NCBI GenBank assembly: GCA_963827755.1
Contig: CAWHCQ010000031.1
Coordinates: forward strand, 59,799-123,798
From: an uncultured Gammaproteobacteria bacterium
GTDB lineage: Bacteria > Pseudomonadota > Gammaproteobacteria > UBA9214
Direction: 5' to 3'
Length of the DNA: 64,000 nucleotides
In this document: positions 59,724 through 64,000 of the stretch, piece after piece
Position numbering within the stretch: position 1 is the first letter of the stretch
Layout: every line of letters begins with the position of its first letter
The notes under the pieces: model-generated
What the model was told of the DNA's origin: nothing
What the model saw: only the letters and a program-made list of their open reading frames with translations
Database searches by the model: none
Translations under genes and position numbers: made by a program

Positions 59724-60344
59724 ATGAAATTCCTGACTATTCGCGCATCCTGCCTGCTTTTCATACTGGCCTGTCTGCCCGCCATCGGCAGCGCGGAAAC
59801 CGGCCCCGGCATGGCAAACCATGCAACCGCCATCTTTGCCGGCGGCTGTTTCTGGTGCATGGAGCCGCCCTTTGACAAACTGGATGGCGTGGTATCCACC
59901 ACCTCCGGGTACATCGGCGGACAGAAACCGAACCCGACCTACAAGGAAGTCTCCGGCGGCCGCACCGGTCACACCGAGGCCGTGCAGATCGTCTACGATC
60001 CGAACAGGATCAGTTACGCAAAATTACTCGATGTATTCTGGCGCAACATCGATCCGACGACGGTCGATGGCCAGTTCTGCGACTGGGGCAGTCAATATCG
60101 CAGCGAGATCTTTTATAAATCGGCCGAACAGCAGCGGCTCGCAGAGAAATCCAAAAGCGCCCTGGAAAAAACCAAACCTTTCAAGGGGCCGGTGGTTACC
60201 GCGATCAGCAAGGCATCTGTCTTTTACCCGGCAGAAGACTATCACCAGGACTACTACCTGAAGAACCCGGCTCGCTACAAGTTCTACCGCTATGGCTGCG
60301 GCCGGGACAAGCGCCTGAAAGAACTCTGGGGCAACGGCGACTGA
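59724..60344 (+). CDS. msrA: Peptide methionine sulfoxide reductase A with signal peptide
   Basis: FAGGCFWC, GHTEAV, AEDYHQDY. Confidence 0.95.
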   Translation: MKFLTIRASCLLFILACLPAIGSAETGPGMANHATAIFAGGCFWCMEPPFDKLDGVVSTTSGYIGGQKPNPTYKEVSGGRTGHTEAVQIVYDPNRISYAKLLDVFWRNIDPTTVDGQFCDWGSQYRSEIFYKSAEQQRLAEKSKSALEKTKPFKGPVVTAISKASVFYPAEDYHQDYYLKNPARYKFYRYGCGRDKRLKELWGNGD

Positions 60345-60391
60345 GCGTCGCACAGCGGCCGGCCACCTCGAAACAGTCAGGGGCTGCCTAG

Positions 60392-60552
60392 GAGCCTGTC
60401 GGACTTGGGACTGATCTACTGCGCCGGCGGGACAACGGCCCATTTTTCCGATCCTCCTCGTCAAATAGCTACGGCTATTCTCCTCGAACGATCGAAAAAA
60501 TGACCTCGTTCTCCCACCCGGCTCGCTACGATCGCCCAAGTCCGACAGGCTC
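60392..60552. mobile_element. 161-bp MITE with 18-bp TIRs and CTAG flanks
   Basis: GAGCCTGTCGGACTTGGG ... CCCAAGTCCGACAGGCTC, with CTAG at 60388-91 and 60553-56. Confidence 0.85.
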
Positions 60553-60738
60553 CTAGTATCTGAAAAAGAACTCGATCGTCGGATTTTCAAAATGCCGCTT
60601 GTACTTGCGGTTATAGCGGGCAACCGACAGCACCATGACCCCGACAAATATCAGAAAGGCCGCGACAATAATCGACAGTAACGGCGGGTAGACGACCAGC
60701 AGTACACCGGCGAGTATAAAAACGATTCCTGCAAGCAT
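60553..60738 (-). CDS. Small 2-TM membrane protein (DUF3096-like)
   Basis: MLAGIVFILAGVLLVVYPPLLSIIVA; GGAG RBS. Confidence 0.7.
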   Translation of the reverse strand: MLAGIVFILAGVLLVVYPPLLSIIVAAFLIFVGVMVLSVARYNRKYKRHFENPTIEFFFRY

Positions 60739-60860
60739 GGTAATCTCCATTTAGTGGTGGCTCATGCTTTCTATATATGGGCGAACAGCTTGCAATCAAC
60801 CGCTGACGCTGTTGCTGAGTTGATACCCGCCTCCGGCAGGCCTCCCCCGGGGATTCGATA

Positions 60861-61898
60861 CTGAAAAAAATCATCATCCACAAGCCCGGCGGCTACGGGC
60901 AACTCGTCATCGAGGAACACCCGGACCTGGAGCCTGGCCCGGGCGAGGTGCTGATCGACGTCGCCGCGATCGGGGTCAACTATGCCGACTGCGTAACCCG
61001 CATGGGCCTGTACGCCTCTGCAAAACACTATGTCGGCTACCCGATCACCCCGGGGTTCGAGGTCTCCGGCACCATCCGCTGCGTCGGCAAAGGCGTCACG
61101 GACCTCGCGGCCGGAACCCGTGTACTGGCCATTACCCGGTTCAACGGCTATGCCACGCAGCTCACCGTCAAACGCGGACAGGTGAGACCGATACCCGCAC
61201 AACTGACCTTCGAGACCGCCGCCGCTTTCCCGGCCGCCTCGCTGACCGCGTGGTATGCACTGTGCGAACTGGCACACCCGCGGCCCGGCGATACCCTGCT
61301 GGTCCATTCCGCCGCCGGCGGCGTCGGCAGTGTGCTGGTGCAACTGGGAAAGATCGCAGGCTGCCGGGTCGTTGCCGTCGTCGGCGCAGCCGGCAAGGTG
61401 AATGCCGCTCGAGAACTCGGTGCGGACGTGGTCATCGACAAATCGACACAGGATCTCTGGAAAGAGGCGCACGCCAGTGCACCTCAAGGCTATGAGGTCA
61501 TTCTGGATGCCAACGGGGTGTCGACACTGCGGCAAAGCTACCGGCACCTGGCACCCATGGGAAAACTGGTCGTCTACGGCTTTCACAGCATGCTGCCGAA
61601 AACAGGCGGCCTGCCCAACCGGCTCAGGCTGGCCTGGAATTATCTGCGCACGCCGCGCTTCAGCCCGTTTGACCTGACCACGCACAACCACAGCGTACTC
61701 GGCTTTAACCTGAGCTTTTTGTTCGACAAGACCGACGTGATGGAACGCGGTCTGCAACAGCTACTGCACTGGCTTGAGCAGGGAAAGCTGCGCCCGCCAG
61801 CCGTGACCACCTATCCATTCGAATCCGTGGCTGAGGCACACCGCGACCTGGAGTCCGGCCAGACCGTCGGCAAGCTGGTACTGACCTGCGGGAAATAA
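60861..61898 (+). CDS. VAT-1-like MDR/quinone oxidoreductase
   Basis: GVNYAD, PGFEVSG, HSAAGGVG, GKLVL; frame extends upstream to CTG at 60861 (KKIIIHKPGG). Confidence 0.9.
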   Translation: MKKIIIHKPGGYGQLVIEEHPDLEPGPGEVLIDVAAIGVNYADCVTRMGLYASAKHYVGYPITPGFEVSGTIRCVGKGVTDLAAGTRVLAITRFNGYATQLTVKRGQVRPIPAQLTFETAAAFPAASLTAWYALCELAHPRPGDTLLVHSAAGGVGSVLVQLGKIAGCRVVAVVGAAGKVNAARELGADVVIDKSTQDLWKEAHASAPQGYEVILDANGVSTLRQSYRHLAPMGKLVVYGFHSMLPKTGGLPNRLRLAWNYLRTPRFSPFDLTTHNHSVLGFNLSFLFDKTDVMERGLQQLLHWLEQGKLRPPAVTTYPFESVAEAHRDLESGQTVGKLVLTCGK

Positions 61899-61930
61899 CC
61901 TTGCGATGTTTGCGGCCTGGCAAGAATATT

Positions 61931-62058
61931 GGCTCTTCCCCAAATCGAGTGGGTAGATTACCGTTGTAGGGCCGAATTCATTCGGCCAATACCTTGCCAT
62001 CAGCAGCAATACGTCTTGTCTAAATTGATGTGTTACCCACTCAATCAGGGAAAGATCC
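61931..62058. mobile_element. 128-bp MITE, short sister of 34327..34761, with one family B REP
   Basis: Same left end and similar right end; flanks AGAATATT / AGAATAGT (7/8 match). Confidence 0.85.
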
Positions 62059-62098
62059 AGAATAGTACAGCGTTTACGAGTGGTAACTGATTAGTGCA

Positions 62099-63086
62099 CT
62101 AGCCTGGCAGGGATGACTTCTGTCTTTTCTTCTTCAGCAGCTTGGCTTCACGGTTGATCGCGGCAGTGCGCACCGCATCGTCACCCACATGGGCATTGCC
62201 CCGCTGCCTGGCAAGCTCCATTTGTTTCTGCCGTTCCCGGTAGCGCGCCTTCTGTTCAGCTGGATGACTTGTCATGGCAGGGAGGACAGCTCACCCCCGG
62301 CTGGTACAGCTCACTGGCCTTGTCGGCCGCGGTAATCGGCAGGCGGCAGGCATTGCACTGGTCGTAACTGCCCTTCTCCAGCTGCTTGTTCACCGTGACA
62401 CGGTCATCAAATACAAAACACTCGCCCTCCCACAGCGTCTCCTCGTGCGGGACTTCTTCCAGGTACTTCAGAATGCCGCCCTTGAGGTGGTATACCTCTT
62501 CAAAGCCCTGCTCTTTCAGATAGGCCGTCGATTTCTCGCAGCGAATACCGCCGGTACAGAACATGGCGATTTTTTTATGTTTTTGCGGATCGAGATTCTC
62601 CTTCACAAACCGGGGAAATTCACGAAACGATCCGGTAGCAGGATTGATCGCATCCTTGAACGTGCCCACCCCCACCTCGTAATCGTTGCGGGTGTCCACC
62701 AGCATCACATCCGGGTCACTGATGAGCCGGTTCCATTCGCGCGGACTGACGTAGGTACCCACCACGCGCTGCGGATCGATACCGGGCACACCCATGGTGA
62801 CGATTTCCTTTTTAAGCTTTACCTTGGCACGCTTGAATGGCAAGCCGTCGGCGAAGGACTCCTTGCAATCGATATCCGCCAGGCGCGGATCGCTGCGCAG
62901 CCAGGCCAGCAACGCATCGATACCCGCGCGGGAGGCGGCAACCGTACCATTGATGCCCTCACCGGCAAGCAGCAGGGTGCCGCGCACGTGATGCTCCTGC
63001 ATCACCTGCAGCAGGGGCTCGCGCAAATCCCGGTAATCATCCAGGGCGGTGAACTTGTAGAGGGCGCAAATAACTGTTCGGGACAT
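62099..63086 (-). CDS. trhO: Rhodanese-domain tRNA hydroxylase TrhO/YceA (apparent frameshift ~62270)
   Basis: [35 protein letters not shown]; the C-terminus [17 protein letters not shown] is in another frame. Confidence 0.88.
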
Positions 63087-63177
63087 GGAAAATAACCGTC
63101 TGTCAAACCGGGACATGCACCCGGGTGCAGGTAACAGCTGTTCATTATAAAGCCAGTGACGGCTAAATACATGCACC

Positions 63178-63406
63178 TCACGGCTTGCCGGCGGCCCTTA
63201 GCGCCGCCACCCTCGACGCCTCGACCAGCTCCTGCCGGTCATTTCCCCAGGCATTGCCGACGTAAGACAGGATCCTGGCCAGTTCCGCATCGTCCAGCGA
63301 ATTGCGAAAGGCCGGCATGGTCGCACGGCCGAAGAGCACGACCGCAACCCGCCGTGAAGGCCGCGACACAAACAAAGAGCCATGCCTTGCAGACATCAAT
63401 ATTCAT
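63178..63406 (-). pseudogene. Cytochrome c lipoprotein remnant with internal deletion
   Basis: Lipoprotein-like leader MNIDVCKAWLFVCVAAFTAGC joined out of frame to TMPAFRNSLDDAELARILSYVGNAWGN; no CxxCH. Confidence 0.55.
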
Positions 63407-64000
63407 GGTGCGTAAAACGCACCCTGCCAGTGTTCTTGTAATAAATCAGCGTTTCCTTGGTAAAGATAGCCAGGCGGCTCACTCATATAGCAGAACCAAC
63501 CGGCTGACCGTTGCCGCGTTCAACAGCCGGCGGCTTCAGCAACCGCCGGAATACTTTTACTCGCGAGACCGAAGCGGCGGGCGATCGGACCCGCCGGCAT
63601 CATGGATGACCATCATGGCCGTCTGGATGGGTATGGCGAGAAGGTGTCGTCACGTGCTTAACAGCCCGCCGTTTTCCGACAATTTATTGACACCCCAAGA
63701 CCGACACCCTAGTATCTACAGACCGGCTTGTAATTAGCCATGCATTTCCTACAGTAGTAGATGGTGCAGGTAGTCTGGCTGTGACAATCATGACTTGCAG
63801 GCAACGCTGGACGATGCTCAGATTAGCCTTCAACCTTCTGAATAATATGTAAAAAATATGCATATACAATAAATCAATATATTAGACTATATTAATAACT
63901 TGTTGGCATGGATACGTGTTCAGGCAAACAAAGGTCGATACAGATATCGCGCACACCTCTATGCAGTTTGATATCTGTTTTGCCGGGCCAGAAACAATTG

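Noticed and set aside
63156-63737. 193-aa plus-strand ORF near the window end
   Set aside because: Pro/Arg/Ser-rich, no motifs, and it overlaps the cytochrome remnant on the opposite strand

Overview
Gammaproteobacterial chromosome segment, probably from a sulfur-storing sulfur oxidiser (inferred from two Sgp-like genes, a two-Cys ArsR and an MBL hydrolase). Bases 1-23.2 kb are the core cluster on the minus strand: tRNA-Tyr/Gly/Thr, tuf, tRNA-Trp, secE-nusG, rplKAJL, rpoBC, rpsL-rpsG-fusA-tuf, then the S10 operon to rpsQ. Bases 23.5-64 kb are accessory genes. Single-base frameshifts in essential genes (rplP, rplB, rpoB, rpoC) indicate indel errors in the assembly, so other broken ORFs are treated cautiously. 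Main observations: (1) a nested element at 34.3-34.8 kb, in which a REP doublet is interrupted by a TIR element with an 8-bp target duplication that carries a REP-flanked RAYT-like remnant, with a collapsed 128-bp sister copy at 61.9 kb; (2) two convergent sulfur-globule-protein-like paralogs with homologous promoters (tandem 16-bp palindromes) and terminators, bracketing a hybrid kinase / REC-PAS / two-Cys ArsR block plus lipid enzymes; (3) a candidate orphan sRNA at ~49.1 kb; (4) a translationally coupled GT2 / nucleosidase-like / SPL-like radical SAM / SDR operon of unknown product; (5) a TonB receptor / YfiR / GGDEF-EAL signalling module. All family assignments are from motif recognition by eye; no searches were run.
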